Part shown: piece after piece, positions 38,006 to 51,642 of the stretch
Layout: the number at the start of each line of letters is the position of its first letter
How positions within the stretch are numbered: position 1 is the first letter of the stretch
Source of the DNA: Octopus vulgaris
Taxonomy: Eukaryota
DNA length: 64,000 nucleotides
Direction of reading: 5' to 3'
Assembly: GCA_951406725.2 (NCBI GenBank)
Contig: OX597831.1
Span: forward strand, 3,534,001 to 3,598,000
The notes under the pieces: model-generated
What the model was told of the DNA's origin: nothing
The model's database searches: none
What the model saw: the letters and a program-made list of their open reading frames with translations, nothing else
Made by a program: the position numbers and the translations under genes

Positions 38006-39181
38006 TTTGTTATTGTAGAGGCTGAGTATCTGGATAGGGTATGAATAAGAAAAGTGCAAAGACGTCTCCTTGTACAACACCAGTAATAAAGCTGAAAAAT
38101 TCTGTCTCTTCGTTGAGTGAATTTTAATCAGCATGTATATTTTTTTTTAGAGCATCAGTATTTCATCTGCTTTTTCTTCAGGGATTCCATAGGTCAAAGA
38201 ATTTGTTGCATCTTACTTTGGTGAACCGAATCAAAGACTTTTAAGAAATCTATGAATGACAAAATGACAGGAAGATTCATTGCTCAACAACACTCTGACA
38301 GTTAATATTCGACCAGTTGTGATTCCCTATGAACCGATTTTTATTCCTTTGAAGAATTTTTCTCAAGCTCCAGCACAATGTGGTGGTGTATCATTATGTC
38401 ATACAGTTTTAGCAGTTAAGGTAATATTCCTGTAATCCTGCACTAAACCAAAGCCATATTTTTTTTTTTTTTTAGGATAAAAGGGGTTATGACTTTGTGT
38501 TCGTTTATTGACTGAACTTTGTTGACCATCAAAGAATTATTTCCTTAAATGCCTCAGTTCTTTAGTCTTCAAAAACACTCTACAGTTTGTCTGACAATTA
38601 ATTTTTGACCAGTTGTTGAGTGATTCTTTGCGAACCGATTCTTATTCCTTTGAAGAATTTTTCTCAAGCTCCAGCTGAATGCGATGGTTTATCATTATGT
38701 CATACGGTTTTAGCCGCAGTAGCTGTTACGTTAATATTCCTGTAATTCTGTACCAAGCCAAAGTCATCTTTTTGCTGGGGGTGAGGGGTGGGATTAGCGG
38801 GATTGTAAAAGAGGTTGCAGCATTGAGTTCATTTATTGATTGAACTTTGTTGACCACCAGAGAATTATGTCTTTAAATACCTCGGTTCCTCAGTCTTCAG
38901 TGTGTATGCTATTTGCCCACGCTATGAGAATTCCTGTTTTGAATTTTCAGAGCCTCTGTTAATTCATCTGCTGTGAAACTATCCTCTTTGATATTCAATT
39001 TGTAGTTTACAATGGTTTCTACAAGTTCGTCAGTAAATGGTAGGAAGTTTCCTAATACGATTCTGAAAGTGGTCTCTCTATTGGTTGAAGTAACCCATAG
39101 TGGTCTGAGGCTTTTAATTTTACATAATATGTCTTTTTCTGGCAACTAATTTCACTAACAGTCTGCCATACTAAGCAGGAC

Positions 39182-39554
39182 TCTTTTACTCTCTTACTCT
39201 TTTACTTGTTTCAGTCATTTGGCTGTGACCATGCTGGAGCACCACCTTTAGTCAAAGAAATCAGCTCTAGGACTTATTCTTTGTAAGCCTTGTACTTATT
39301 CTATCAGTTTCTTTTGCCGAACTGCTAAGTTACGGGGACGTAAACAAACCAGCATTGGTTGTTAAGCGATGTTGGGGGACAAACACACACACACACACAC
39401 ACACATATACATATATACGATGGGCTTCTTTCAGTTTCCGTCTACCAAATCCACTCACAAGGCTTTGGTTGGCCCGAAGCTATAGTAGAAGACACTTGCC
39501 CAAGGTGCCACTCAGTGGCTGGTAAGCAAGCTACTTACCACACAGCCACTCCTG
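39182..39554 (-). mobile_element. Family A SINE
   Basis: Reverse-complement copy with a small deletion in the head. Confidence 0.85.
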
Positions 39555-39974
39555 CTGTTGATTATCAGTAGAATATACCATGAGACCAGTTCCACTTTCA
39601 TACATTTCAATAAATTCTTAATCTGCTTCTTTTGCTGTAGTTCCTTCTTTTGGTAAGTTGCATGTTATCCATATCGGCTTTCATGTTTCCTTGATAGTTT
39701 CATGTTTCTTAATGACCGTCTCCTCAAATTGCTCATCTCTTGATTTTGGGTTCTAGTCGAATACTGCTTGTAGCAACATCACTATGGGATGAAAAAATTT
39801 TCAAAGGTAGTATTCGGAGAATTATTACCATTGTCTTTGAATTTGTTTTTGATCTCTTTGATGTATTGATTCCATTATTATATTTTCCCTTCATTGTTAA
39901 TCAATGTAAACCAGCCTCGTTGTAGATTGCCAATGATTTTGAATTCAGGAGGGTATACAGACTGAAATGAAATG

Positions 39975-40300
39975 TAACAGATACTGCAACAGATACTGCA
40001 ACAGCTTGGGTTTCAGAGGACCACAGCTCTTTAACATCCTCCCTAAATGCCTGAGAGACTTACTTGGTGTGGATGTGGGTTTCTTTAAAACTAAACTGGA
40101 TCTCTTCTTGTCGGGAGTCCCAGATGAACCTACCTCACGACAGGAGATGCGGATGCGGGCAGCAGCATCGAACTCCCTTGTTGATCAAGTGCCACGTATC
40201 AGAGGTGGATTCACAAATTAGTGTAGCTCATTCAGCGGTGGTGCCCCAGCATGGCCGCGGCCTTCGGGCTAAAACATTTTTAAGGATTTTAAGGATTTAA
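39975..40300 (+). mobile_element. CR1/L2-group LINE 3' end (young-looking)
   Basis: Open frame RYCNSLGFRGPQLFNILPKCLRDLLGVDVGFFKTKLDLFLSGVPDEP..AASNSLVDQ, short 3' UTR, (TTTTAAGGA)n tail. Confidence 0.85.
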
Positions 40301-40339
40301 GATATGATTTTATCATCAGAATGAATCTTGAAAAACATT

Positions 40340-40719
40340 TACTCTCATTTACTCATTTGACTGTGGCCATGCTGGAGCACCACCTTTAGTCGAGGAAATC
40401 GACCCCAGAACTTATTCTTTGTAAGCCTAGTACTTATTCTATCAGTTTCTTTTGCCGAACCGCTAAGTTATGGGGACATAAACACACCAGCATCGGTTGT
40501 CAAGCGATGTCAGTGGGGACAAACACAACACACAAACATATACACACATACATATACATATACACGACGGGCTTCTTTCAGTTTCCGTCTACCAAATCCA
40601 CTCGCAAGGCTTTGGCCGGCCTGAGGCTATAGTAGAAGACACTTGTCCAAGGTGCCGCACAGTGGGACTGAACCCGGAACCATGTGGTTCGTAAGCAAGC
40701 TACTTACCACACAGCCACA
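40340..40719 (-). mobile_element. Family A SINE
   Basis: Reverse-complement copy. Confidence 0.85.
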
Positions 40720-41334
40720 GTTAACCACATTATTTATCCACTTTTGGTTGAGCTTTTGTACCATTTGGGTAAGTGTATATTCATAATTAGCCATTCCTTT
40801 TCTGGAAATCAGTCTTATGAAGGAGAGAATAAGTTATGTCTGTGTTAACTTAACTATGGTTTTTTTTCTATGGTAAATTTGTGAAGTTGTTTAGTTTCCT
40901 GTGTAATCACTCTGTAATATTGCATCATGTCAGAATATCGGAGGAAATTCCAGAATTATGTTATAAATGATATGTCTCATATTGTCAGGGGGTGTATATA
41001 GGGGTGGATGGGAATGGGGTGTTTGTGAAACTTACCTAGTGGCCAGTAAGCTGATTGGTCAAGAATGAAGTTCTGGAAGTTATGAAGTCACATAATTATT
41101 TAGAAAATTCTAAATTAATGCATGAGTATATAAGGAGGGCTTAGTCTCCATGTATAGGTGAATGGTAAGCTGGTGTCAGTCAGTGTGAAACCAATTAAGA
41201 AAAACCTACATTCCACAAGATGTGTGTTTTGAAGACACCTAGCTGTGCACAACTTCTTCTCTGTACAACACTTTTGCTGTTGGAGCTGTTCTGGTGCAGA
41301 AGGAAGGTCACATTTTGCAACATTAATATAAAAT

Positions 41335-41752
41335 CCAGCGCCGCCTCAACTGGCTTCTGTGCCAGTGGCACATAAAAAGCACCATCCGAACGTAGCCGAT
41401 GCCAGCGCTGCCTCGACTGGCTCCAGTGCCGGTGGCACATAAAAAGCACCATCCGAACGTGGCCGTTGCCAGCGCCGCCTTGGCTGGCTTCCATGCTGGT
41501 GGCACGTTAAAAGCTCCAACCGATCGTGGCCGATGCCAGACACCCCTGGCACCTGTGCAGGTGGCACGTAAAAAGCACCCACTACACTCGCGGAGTGGTT
41601 GGCGTTAGGAAGGGCATCCAGCTGTAGAAACTCTGCCAGATCAGACTGGAGCCTGGTGCAGCCCCTGGCTTCCCAGACCCCAGTTGAACCGTCCAACCCA
41701 TGCTAGCATGGAAAACGGACGTTAAACGATGATGATGATAATGATGATGATG
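41335..41752 (+). mobile_element. RTE-clade 3' UTR/tail with ~59-bp tandem subrepeats
   Basis: Four GGTGGCAC(A/G)TAAAAAGCACC-type units, then the family R tail and (GAT)n. Confidence 0.82.
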
Positions 41753-41789
41753 AACCATTGAAAATGTTGATAAGCTGATTTGTTATATG

Positions 41790-42139
41790 TGTAAGGGGGT
41801 ACTGCAAAGTTCCTGGCCTTGGGTAAAAGAAAATACAGGAGGGTCAGTTAATTAGGATTTTATTCATAAACCTTGCCAAAACTGACCTTGCCTGTGCTTG
41901 TGCCATGTAAAAAGCGCTAAGTCCACTCTGCTGAGTGGTTGGTGTTAGGAAGGGCATCCAGCTGTAAAAGTCCTGCCAAAACAGTCACAGAAGCCTGATT
42001 CAGTCTTCTGCCTGGCTGGCTCCTGTCAAACCAACCCACCCATGCCAGCATGGAAGGTGGACGCTAAACGATGATGATGATGATGATGATGACGACGACG
42101 ACGACGACGACGATGATGATGAAGATGATGATGATGATA

Positions 42140-42172
<33 letters not shown>

Positions 42173-42303
42173 CCCCTCTCAAATTCACACACTTATTGCT
42201 GCAGTCCTTCTGTTTTTCAAAACCCTATAAAAGGACTTGGCCTCCAGCCAGGCCTTTCACAACGTCCTTAAAGCCAGGAACTTTTCAGCACCCCCTCCCA
42301 TAC
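41790..42303. mobile_element. mariner-type MITE with a nested RTE tail (41870-42170)
   Basis: Imperfect TIRs AGGGGGTACTGCAAAGTTCCTGGCCTT and AAAGCCAGGAACTTTTCAGCACCCCCT. Confidence 0.6.
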
Positions 42304-42752
42304 GTTCGTTATTTTGATTACATACAGTTTATTTCTTCATGTCTCCATCTACGAACAAGACTTTGTGTCTCAGTATTTATTGAGCGAGTGTTGAGAGTTT
42401 CTGATCGAAGCCACCAACTTCATTTTCTTGACATTACATGAGATGGATTGCAGCACTTGATCATAGTTGTGAAAGAATTTCCATTCAAAGTGGTAATTAC
42501 TATTCTTAGGAGGATCTGTTTAATGACTTGTGTTCTTGTCGGTCGAGAAATATATCTACTCCAATGATTATTGCATTAATAAAATTTTTTCCATGTGGAG
42601 GTTGACACACAAGTCCAGCCATTACAGACATCATGATGCTTGAGATGTTACTTATCATGAAAGAGTCAGTATTCTTAAATATATATGACATCCGTTTTAA
42701 AGGCAAATGTTCTGACTACTAGTTCAGAAAGGTAACTTATAATATTTAGAGT

Positions 42753-43141
42753 TGTGGAGGCGCAATGGCCCAGTGGTTAGGGCAGCGGACTCGCAGTCAT
42801 AGGATCGTGGTTTCGATTCCCAGACCGGGCGTTGTGAGTGTTTATTGAGCGAAAACACCTAAAGCTCCACGAGGCTCCGGCAGGGGATGGTGGTGATCCC
42901 TGCTGTACTCTTTCACCACAACTTTCTCTCACTCCTACTTCCTGTTTCTGTTGTACCTATATTTCAAGAGGCCGGCAAGGTCACTCTCTGTGTCATGCTG
43001 AATACCCCTGAGAACTACGTTAAGGGTACACGTGTCTGTGGAGTGCTCAGACACTTACACGTTAATTTCATGAGCAGGCTGTTCTGTTGATTCGGATCAA
43101 CCGGAACCCTCGTCGTCGTAACCGACGGAGTGCTTCCATCC
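42753..43141 (+). mobile_element. tRNA-derived SINE (family D), full length with TSD
   Basis: A box TGGCCCAGTGG, B box GTTTCGATTCC. 12-bp TSD AATATTTAGAGT at 42741-42752 and 43142-43153. Confidence 0.9.
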
Positions 43142-43668
43142 AATATTTAGAGTGCTTGCATTAAAAGTAAAAAAAATACCAAGGGACATTTACATTGAAG
43201 ACATCTAGTTTTACTCGAGACATTTTTGTTCTGAAGCTGATTTCCAGAACACTTTAGAAGCTAATTTTTTAAACATCTTAGACATCAAACCCTCTGTTGA
43301 ATACTGTCTTTGTTTGACTGCTTAACAAGTGATATAAGATGAACATGGAGACAGTATTAAAATTATGTTTAATCCCCTATTGGTTGAATGGTATTTATGA
43401 TTATCAATTCTAGAGATGTCAGTACTGGTTCCCTTTCAGAATTATATGTCTCTAGTTAATGTCATTGATGTTATTCCATCATATAACATCATATAAGCAT
43501 CACCATTCATCATTGCTCAATTGATTCTTCCTCCAAAATTATACATCTGCTATGTTGCTTCCTAAAGCTTCTGGTGGCGATCTTCATTTAGTCTAATCCT
43601 TCACTTTAGACTTGATGGACTTGGTTAGTCCTATCAGGGACAAAACTGCCATTGGTGCAGCTCTTTGG

Positions 43669-43975
43669 GTTGTTGTTTGTTCCTTCTCGAGCCATACCTG
43701 GCTCATAAGGGCTGGCTTCCCGGTTTCGTTGGTGCATAGGTTCCCCACTTGGATGGCACGCCAGTCCATTGCAGGTGAGCTGCAAGATGCAGGGGGAAAG
43801 AGTGAGAGAAGGTTGTGGCAAAAGAGTCAGCAGAAGTTCGCCATTACCTTCTGCTGGAGCTGTGTGGAGCTTAGGTGTTTCGCTCATAAACACACACATC
43901 GCCCGGTCTGAATTTCGAACCCGCGATTCCTCGACCATGAGTCCACTGCTTTAACCACTAAGCCATGTGCCTCCA
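43669..43975 (-). mobile_element. tRNA-derived SINE (family D head, different tail) with TSD
   Basis: 11-bp TSD CAGCTCTTTGG at 43658-43668 and 43976-43986. A/B boxes present. Confidence 0.88.
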
Positions 43976-44317
43976 CAGCTCTTTGGATCATAAGGATCAA
44001 GGTAAAAACCATTTGTGGCATTGGCCTGTGTCTATGGTGGTAAGCAACATTTACCCAAATGCCATTCAATATCAACCTGAAAGACTCCATGGTTGTAAAG
44101 CAAACTTCTTAAAGCTTTCATCCATGCTGCATCTGCATTACTGAAGAATTAAGATCAAAGCATACTGTAAATATAATTATTGTAAATTCATGATCTAAAG
44201 TTGGGGGTTAATTATTTGGGAAATTAACTAACATAAGTTGTTCAAATGGCACATGTTGGTAGGGTAATTCTTTTTCTGTACAAAGCTCATGGTATAGCCA
44301 CATTCAAGAAAATATAT

Positions 44318-44545
44318 TTCTTTACTGCCCACAAGGGGCTAAACATAGAGGGGACAAACAAGGACAGACAAAGGGATTAAGTCGATTACATTGACCCCCC
44401 AGTGCATAACTGGTACTTAATTTATCGACCCCGAAAGGATGAAAGGCAAAGTCGACCTCGGCAGAATTTGAACTCGGAACGTAACGACAGACGGAATACG
44501 GCTACGCATTTCGTCCGGCGTGCTAACGGTTCTGCTAGCTCGCCG
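44318..44545 (-). mobile_element. Family B SINE monomer
   Basis: Inserted into the mariner remnant. Confidence 0.85.
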
Positions 44546-45581
44546 AAAATAAAAGAGAACAACACCATTGTCAGATAAATGGAAGAAAAAAAAAAATTCA
44601 AAAACAGCCACCATGACTTCCTGTGCCAATTACTGGCCCTTAAATTTGAAGAAGGGATGTGACTCTGTTCCATGACTTGAGCCTTTTTTCTGAATCAGAA
44701 AGATACACAACTCAACATAGTTTCCATTTCAAGCGTTGCATTTGAAGGAATCAACAGTTAGATTCTTTGCGTATTGTTGTAAGTACTTCTTCATAGCCAC
44801 TTCAACCTATTTCTGTCATCAAATTGTTGTCCTCCAAAGACTGTGTTTTATTGGACTGAACAGGTAGCAGTGAGCAGACACATGAACTGAGCTGCATGGT
44901 GGGTGGGGCATAGTGATCAGCCCAGTTTGCCCATTGACTGATTTGTTGCCAAAGATCTACGTGGTCATACATTCTGAAGGTGAATGTTGATTGTTTCCAG
45001 TACCATGTTTGGCCTTTTTTTTTTTTTTATAATGGCTTCTATATGCTTTTTGAGTGACTTGAACACTTTGCTTGGAGCTAGCAAACCTGGCACTTCCTCT
45101 GCAAAGGAGCTGCACACTTTGGACTAATCTGATGTGAGAAACTTGAGGAAAAGAGGCATGAATGTCATCTTAAACTCACCAATAACATAATGGGCAACTT
45201 CCCTTGTCATCTGTGTTCAAGGACGTGCCATTCTAGGATCGAATTATTTTCACATCTATCAACTCACAAAATGTAGGATAAGATTCCTAGAGGACAACAA
45301 CTTCATCAGCATTGACAGACGACTACAAAGCAAGCAAGTGAGTGTCTCAATACACTGTTGCTGCTCATGATATAGCCACATTCAAGAAAATAAAAGAGAA
45401 CAACACCATTGTCAGAAAAAGAAAAAAAAAAAAAAACAGCCACCAGGACTTCCTGTGCCAATTACTGGCTCTTAAATTTGGAGAAGGGATGTGTCACCAT
45501 TCCATGAATTGTGCCTTTGTTTCTGAGTCAGAAATTACACTCAGATTTCATTTCCTCTCACCAGATCAGAAATTATTTTTT

Positions 45582-45617
<36 letters not shown>

Positions 45618-45676
45618 GTCATCATCGTCATCATCATCATCATCATCACCATCACCATCACCATCATCACCATCAC

Positions 45677-46330
<654 letters not shown>

Positions 46331-46786
46331 CATTATTATTATTATTATTATCATTATTATTATTGTTATTGCCAGGTTCCAACCAGGGCCACAGTAACAA
46401 AGTCTACCCCCCCCACATTCTTCGATCCTATATCACTGTCTCAAGGTCCAGGATACATTCAAGGACAGTGTCTGCAATCAAGTTGTCCATGTAAGTGTGA
46501 TGACATTTTCCTCTTTTTACATCACTCTGAAGTGGGTTGCACAAGACTAATTTGGATGCTTCTAGTTCAGGGTCAAGATCAGTGATCTGAGAATGGCTTG
46601 ATAGGAATCCCAAAGTCAGATCAGAAAACATATCTTAATCGGCTTCAAATCCTTCCAGAGTAGATTCTTACATTTCTCAGAAGTTAAGGAACCCATTTTG
46701 TATGCATTTTCTGAAATCCAAAGTCTTTCACCATCTTCTGTAATGTATTGTGAATACAGTCAGTTATGCAGCAAGCTCACATCATA

Positions 46787-47200
46787 TAAGGCAGCGAACT
46801 GGCAGAAATGTTAGCACGCCGGGCGAAATGCTTAGCGGTATTTTGTCTGCCGTTACGTTCTGAGTTCAAATTCTGCCGAGGTCGACTTTGCCTTTCATCA
46901 TTTCGGGGTCGATAAATTAAGTACCACTTACGCACTGGGGTCGATGTAATTGACTTAATCCCTTTGTCTGTCCTTGTTTGTCCTCTCTGTGTTTAGCCCC
47001 TTGTGGGTAGTAAAGAAATAGGTATTTCGTCTGCCGTTACGTTCTGTGTTCAAATTCCGTCTAGGTCGACTTTGCCTTTCATCCTTTCGGGGTTGATAAC
47101 TTAAGTACCAGTTTCGCACTGGGGTCGATGTAATCGACTTAATTCCTTTGTCTGTCCTTGTTTGTCCCCGCTATGTTTAGCCCCTTGTGGGTAATAAAGA
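46787..47200 (+). mobile_element. Family B SINE dimer (184-bp unit)
   Basis: GGTATTT(T/C)GTCTGCCG at 46837 and 47021. Confidence 0.9.
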
Positions 47201-47326
47201 CATAAAAATATGTCACATCTGTCCACATGAAACAAATTGTCCACTTTCTGATCGTAACTGTCAATGGTTGCATTGGATTGTTTCCCTTTGTGAGGCTTGT
47301 CTTCAATGCTGTTTTCTCTCCTTCAA

Positions 47327-47530
47327 CTCTTTAGCATTTAAATTGGCTACATCTGGCCAAATTATTCTACTTGCTTTATGTTCAAACTGGCCAGATCTGA
47401 CATCTTACACCAACTTTAGAAAGTCATTTTGAACATAAACAATCACATCATCAGAAATCTCAAAGTTACAAGCAAAAGCCAGATAAATTCAAAACAATGA
47501 ATATGACAGAATAATCTGAATGCTAAAATG
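47327..47530. mobile_element. piggyBac-type (TTAA) MITE
   Basis: Degenerate TIRs CTCTTTAGCATT / AATGCTAAAATG with T(C)AA/TTAA flanks. Removing it rejoins the mariner remnant. Confidence 0.6.
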
Positions 47531-47749
47531 TTAAACTTCTTTATCCATCTGTGCATATAATTTCTCTTGCCAATGGTGTCATCTCTGTAACCAAACCACA
47601 GCCTTCTGTTGCTGCCAGACAGCCTGCACCCCTCCTTCATCAAGAACCCAATGACAGCATTTTGTTTCTGCTTAGAATCCATTATTTGCTGGCAATGAAG
47701 AAGACCTAGAAGATGAGTTACTACATGGGAAAAATTTCTCTGCTAACAT

Positions 47750-47880
47750 AACCAACCACATGGTTCCGGGTTCAGTCCCACTGCGTGGCATCTTGGGCAA
47801 GTGTCTTCTGCTATAGCCCCGGGCCGACCAATGCCTTGTGAGTGGATTTGGTAGATGGAGACTGAAAGAAGCCTGTCGTA

Positions 47881-47935
<55 letters not shown>

Positions 47936-48156
47936 TTGTGTGTCTGTGTTTGTTCCCCTAGCATTACTTGACAACTGATGCTGGTGTGTTTACGTCCCCG
48001 TCACTTAGCGGTTCGGCAAAAGAGACCGATAGAATAAGTACTGGGCTTACAACGAATAAGTTCCAGGGTCGATTTGCTCAACTAAAGGTGGTGCTCCAGC
48101 ATGGCCTCAGTCAAATGACTGAAACAAGTAAAAGAGTAAAAGAGTAAAAAAGAGTA
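47750..48156 (+). mobile_element. Family A SINE (5'-truncated)
   Basis: Matches 22508-22926. Confidence 0.85.
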
Positions 48157-48983
48157 ATCTATGTCAGTTAATAAAGAAGTTTTGCTTACATTTGCATTAC
48201 TTTTGGTATAATACTCAATTTTTATAAAAAAAAACTTTAGCTGTATTATTCTTTTTTTTAAGATGGCCTTGTCCAGATAGTAGTTAATTTCAGTGCAGTT
48301 CTCTCCAACATGAAACGGTTCCCCATTCTGATGTAGTCTTACTTACTTGTAAGAATGTTGGCAGGCCTTTGATTGTAGTTCTGCTCAACGAAGGTTGAAC
48401 ATGTGCTGAACCACAACAATCACAACAACCACCACAACAACAGTAATGGTAATGGCAGCAACAGCAACAACAGCAGCAGCAGTAAAAACAATAACAACAA
48501 CAACAACAACAACGACAACGGCAACGACAACGACAACAGCAACAATAACAACCACGAAAATACCAGAAAGCAATAAAAGAAAGATTGTAATTCCAGAAGA
48601 AATATGATATGACTGTAATAAACGGACCATGTTTCAATGATAATGAGAGCACAGCCATTATATATCGGTAAAAACAAAATAGAGACCATTGATATATTTT
48701 TATCACTTTTGCTAAGACCAATGATTTTGTTTAGTACTTCTAGTAGACGTTTAATCTGTCACTAACAAAGGGTTTTACTCCAAGTTATAGATTTCTTCTC
48801 TTCCTAATGACAATATAAATCATTCCACTTTGAAAACTTTTAATATTTACAATAATGAAGTTGGCAAGTTGGCAGAATCGTTAGCACACCATACAAAATG
48901 CTTAGCAATCATTTCATCTGTTGTTACATTCTGAGTTCAAATGCTGCTGGGGTTGATTTTTGCTTTTCATTTTTTCAGGTTAA

Positions 48984-49203
48984 TCTTTTCATTACCAACC
49001 CGGCTGAAACCAGCTCTGGCTCTGAGTACAAATGTCTTGTTTACATAAGTTTTGAATTAAAATCTTCTACCAAACCTTAGTCACAATTTATGTTCCTAAT
49101 ACTAGCTTAATGGTAACTAAGTTATTTTACTAAATTCTTTATTATATTTAAAGTAATTGAAAGAAACACAGAGCTTATCAAAATAAATACAGTAACGAAA
49201 GAG
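48984..49203. mobile_element. piggyBac-type (TTAA) MITE nested in a family B SINE
   Basis: TTAA at 48980-48983 and 49204-49207. TIRs TCTTTTCATTAC / GTAACGAAAGAG. The SINE core resumes after it. Confidence 0.7.
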
Positions 49204-49397
49204 TTAATTAAATAAGTACCAGCTGAAAACTGAGATCGATGTAATTGACTTATGCCCTCCATCAAAATTGCTGGCCTTGTGCCAAAATTCGAAACCATTA
49301 TTAATAGGTTGAAGAAGGTGAGCTGGCAGGAATTGTAATTGTGCCAGGCAAAATGCTGAATGGCATTTCTTCTGATTTTACATTTTGTGTTCATAGT

Positions 49398-49655
49398 GCC
49401 CCCTGACTGGCTCCTGTGCCAGTGGCATGTAAAAAGGACCATCCAAATGTGGTCGATGCCAGAGTGGCCCCTGACTGGCTCCCATGCCGGTGGCATGTAA
49501 AAAACACCCATTACACTCTTGGAGTGGTTGGCATTAGGAAGGGTATCCAGCTGTAGAAACATTGCTAGATCAAATTGGAGCCTGGTGTGGCCACTGGCTT
49601 TCCAGACCTCAGTCAAACCGTCCAACCCATGCCAGCACGAAAAACGGACGTTAAC
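49398..49655 (+). mobile_element. RTE-clade 3' tail (family R)
   Basis: Same tail as 41335-41752. Confidence 0.78.
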
Positions 49656-50034
49656 ATCATTGTCGCTGTCGACATTCTCCTCAACATCCTAAGCTCAAAT
49701 TTTGACATGTACCCACACAAAAGTTCCAATTATCCAAATCATTAGCAATGCAACCAAATAATCATAATCGTCTATCTACTGCTTGTTAGTTGCGTATCTT
49801 TAATTATGTCTCAATGATTTCAAATTTTAACACAAGGCCAATAATTACAGGTTAAGTCAATTAGGTGCAGGAGTGACTTTGTGGTAAGTAGCTTGCTTAC
49901 CAACCACATGGTTCCAGGTTCACTCCCACTGTGTGGCACCTTGGGTAAGTTGCCTTCTACTACAGCTTCGGGCTGACCAAAGCCTTGTGAGTGGATTTGG
50001 TAGATGGAAACTGAAAGAATCCCGTCGTATATAA

Positions 50035-50119
<85 letters not shown>

Positions 50120-51611
50120 TGTGTCTGTGTTTGCCCTCTCCCTCAACATCTCTTGACAACCGATGCTGGTGTGTTTATGTCCTCATAACTTAGTGGTTAG
50201 GCAAAAGAGACCGATAGAATAAGTACTAGGCTTACAAAGAATAAATCCTGGGGTTGATTTCCTCAACTAAAGGTGGTGCTCCAGCATGGCCAAAGTCATA
50301 TGACTGAAACAAGTAAAAGAGTAAAGAGTAAAGAGTTATCCTAATCACCAGCAATACAACCAAATAATCATAATCGTCCATGCTACCTCATGAAATGCTT
50401 TGCAATATTCATTCATATTTCAGCACCTTGTGCTGTGAGTTCAATCCTGTTGTGGTCAACCTTTCTTTTATTTTTCAGGGACAATAAATACAATGCAGTT
50501 TATGCCAATGGACTAGTAGAATTATTAGAACAAATACCTTCCATCAGTCCCTCTTCTCAGCTCACTATTCCTGGGGGGGGGGTAATGGGGATAGAGCCAT
50601 CAGGTACCACCTCCATAGGGGCCTATCAAAAGCAACCATCATTACACTTTCTGGCTGAATTCCCAAGCATGACTAGCTGAGGCTATAGATATTATCTATC
50701 CATCTTATTCTTGGTCTACCTCTTGATCTTCTACCAGTTGGCTCAGCTTGAAGAATTAGTCTTGTGTCTCTTTCCTGTAACATTCTAATCCAATACCCAT
50801 AGCACTGGAACTGTGATCTCTCAATGCAGAGAAGTAGTGGCTTGGCCTGGGGAAAACCCTTGATCTCCAAGTTATGCACCCTGGGGAGTAATGTCACTCC
50901 AGAGACCCTTTAGAGGAATCCCAGTTTGGATGAGTGCATTCGCAATTGTCCTCTTTTGGTCATTACCAAACATTTATGACCATTGATGAGGACAGGCCCA
51001 GAAACTGAATTGAAGATAGTGAGGTTGCCTTTTTTTTTACCAACCCTGCCTCTTCTGAGGATCAAATGCTTATTGTGTTCTTATTCAAGTCCTAGATGTT
51101 AGATTTAAACTATCAGTTTAACCCCAGCACCAGGTCCTCAGGTACTTTTAGTGGAGTCCTCAATGTATTAAAACCAGTTCTTCAATTTCAGGATATCTTC
51201 CCTCCCTCACTTCCAAATATATCAGAGGCCCTGAGAAGGGTGCTGGGCACTGCTCTTTGCTTTTGAGAAAATGATAGAAATAAGGGAGACAACTTTGAAC
51301 ATGTTTACTGCTACTGTATTTTTCCGGCTTCATCAATGGAGTTATGTTCCTCCTTCCTCTCCCTTGCTTAACTCACCGAATTAGGAGTGAATGAATCACT
51401 AAGAAGATAGATACTAGTGCGTATTTGTTGGTGTGGTGGATAAACAGAATTATTTAGGACTCAGTTAATTAATTAATTAATTAGAAAATATCATCTGCAT
51501 GAAAATAGCAAAAGGTTAGAGAGTAATGGTTTATTTAATGCATGCGCCATTAAAAACCAATCATCATCATCATCATCACCATCACCACCACCATCATCAT
51601 CATCATCATTG

Positions 51612-51642
<31 letters not shown>

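Larger units (their letters stand above)
38040..40980 (-). pseudogene. Old APE-RT LINE (RTE-like) remnant split by nested insertions
   Basis: Fragments TYPNGTKAQ..KWINNV (endonuclease end, ~40720-40780), NYRNI..TAAK, EKILQRNKNRF, FIDFLKVFDSVH and GVVQGD (RT domains). Internal ~300-bp duplication at 38310-38900. Confidence 0.7.

Noticed and set aside
42310-44280. Possible BEL/Pao gag remnant on the minus strand (SKTRCLQCKCP)
   Set aside because: Only a Cys-spaced fragment is discernible, too decayed to call without a profile search.
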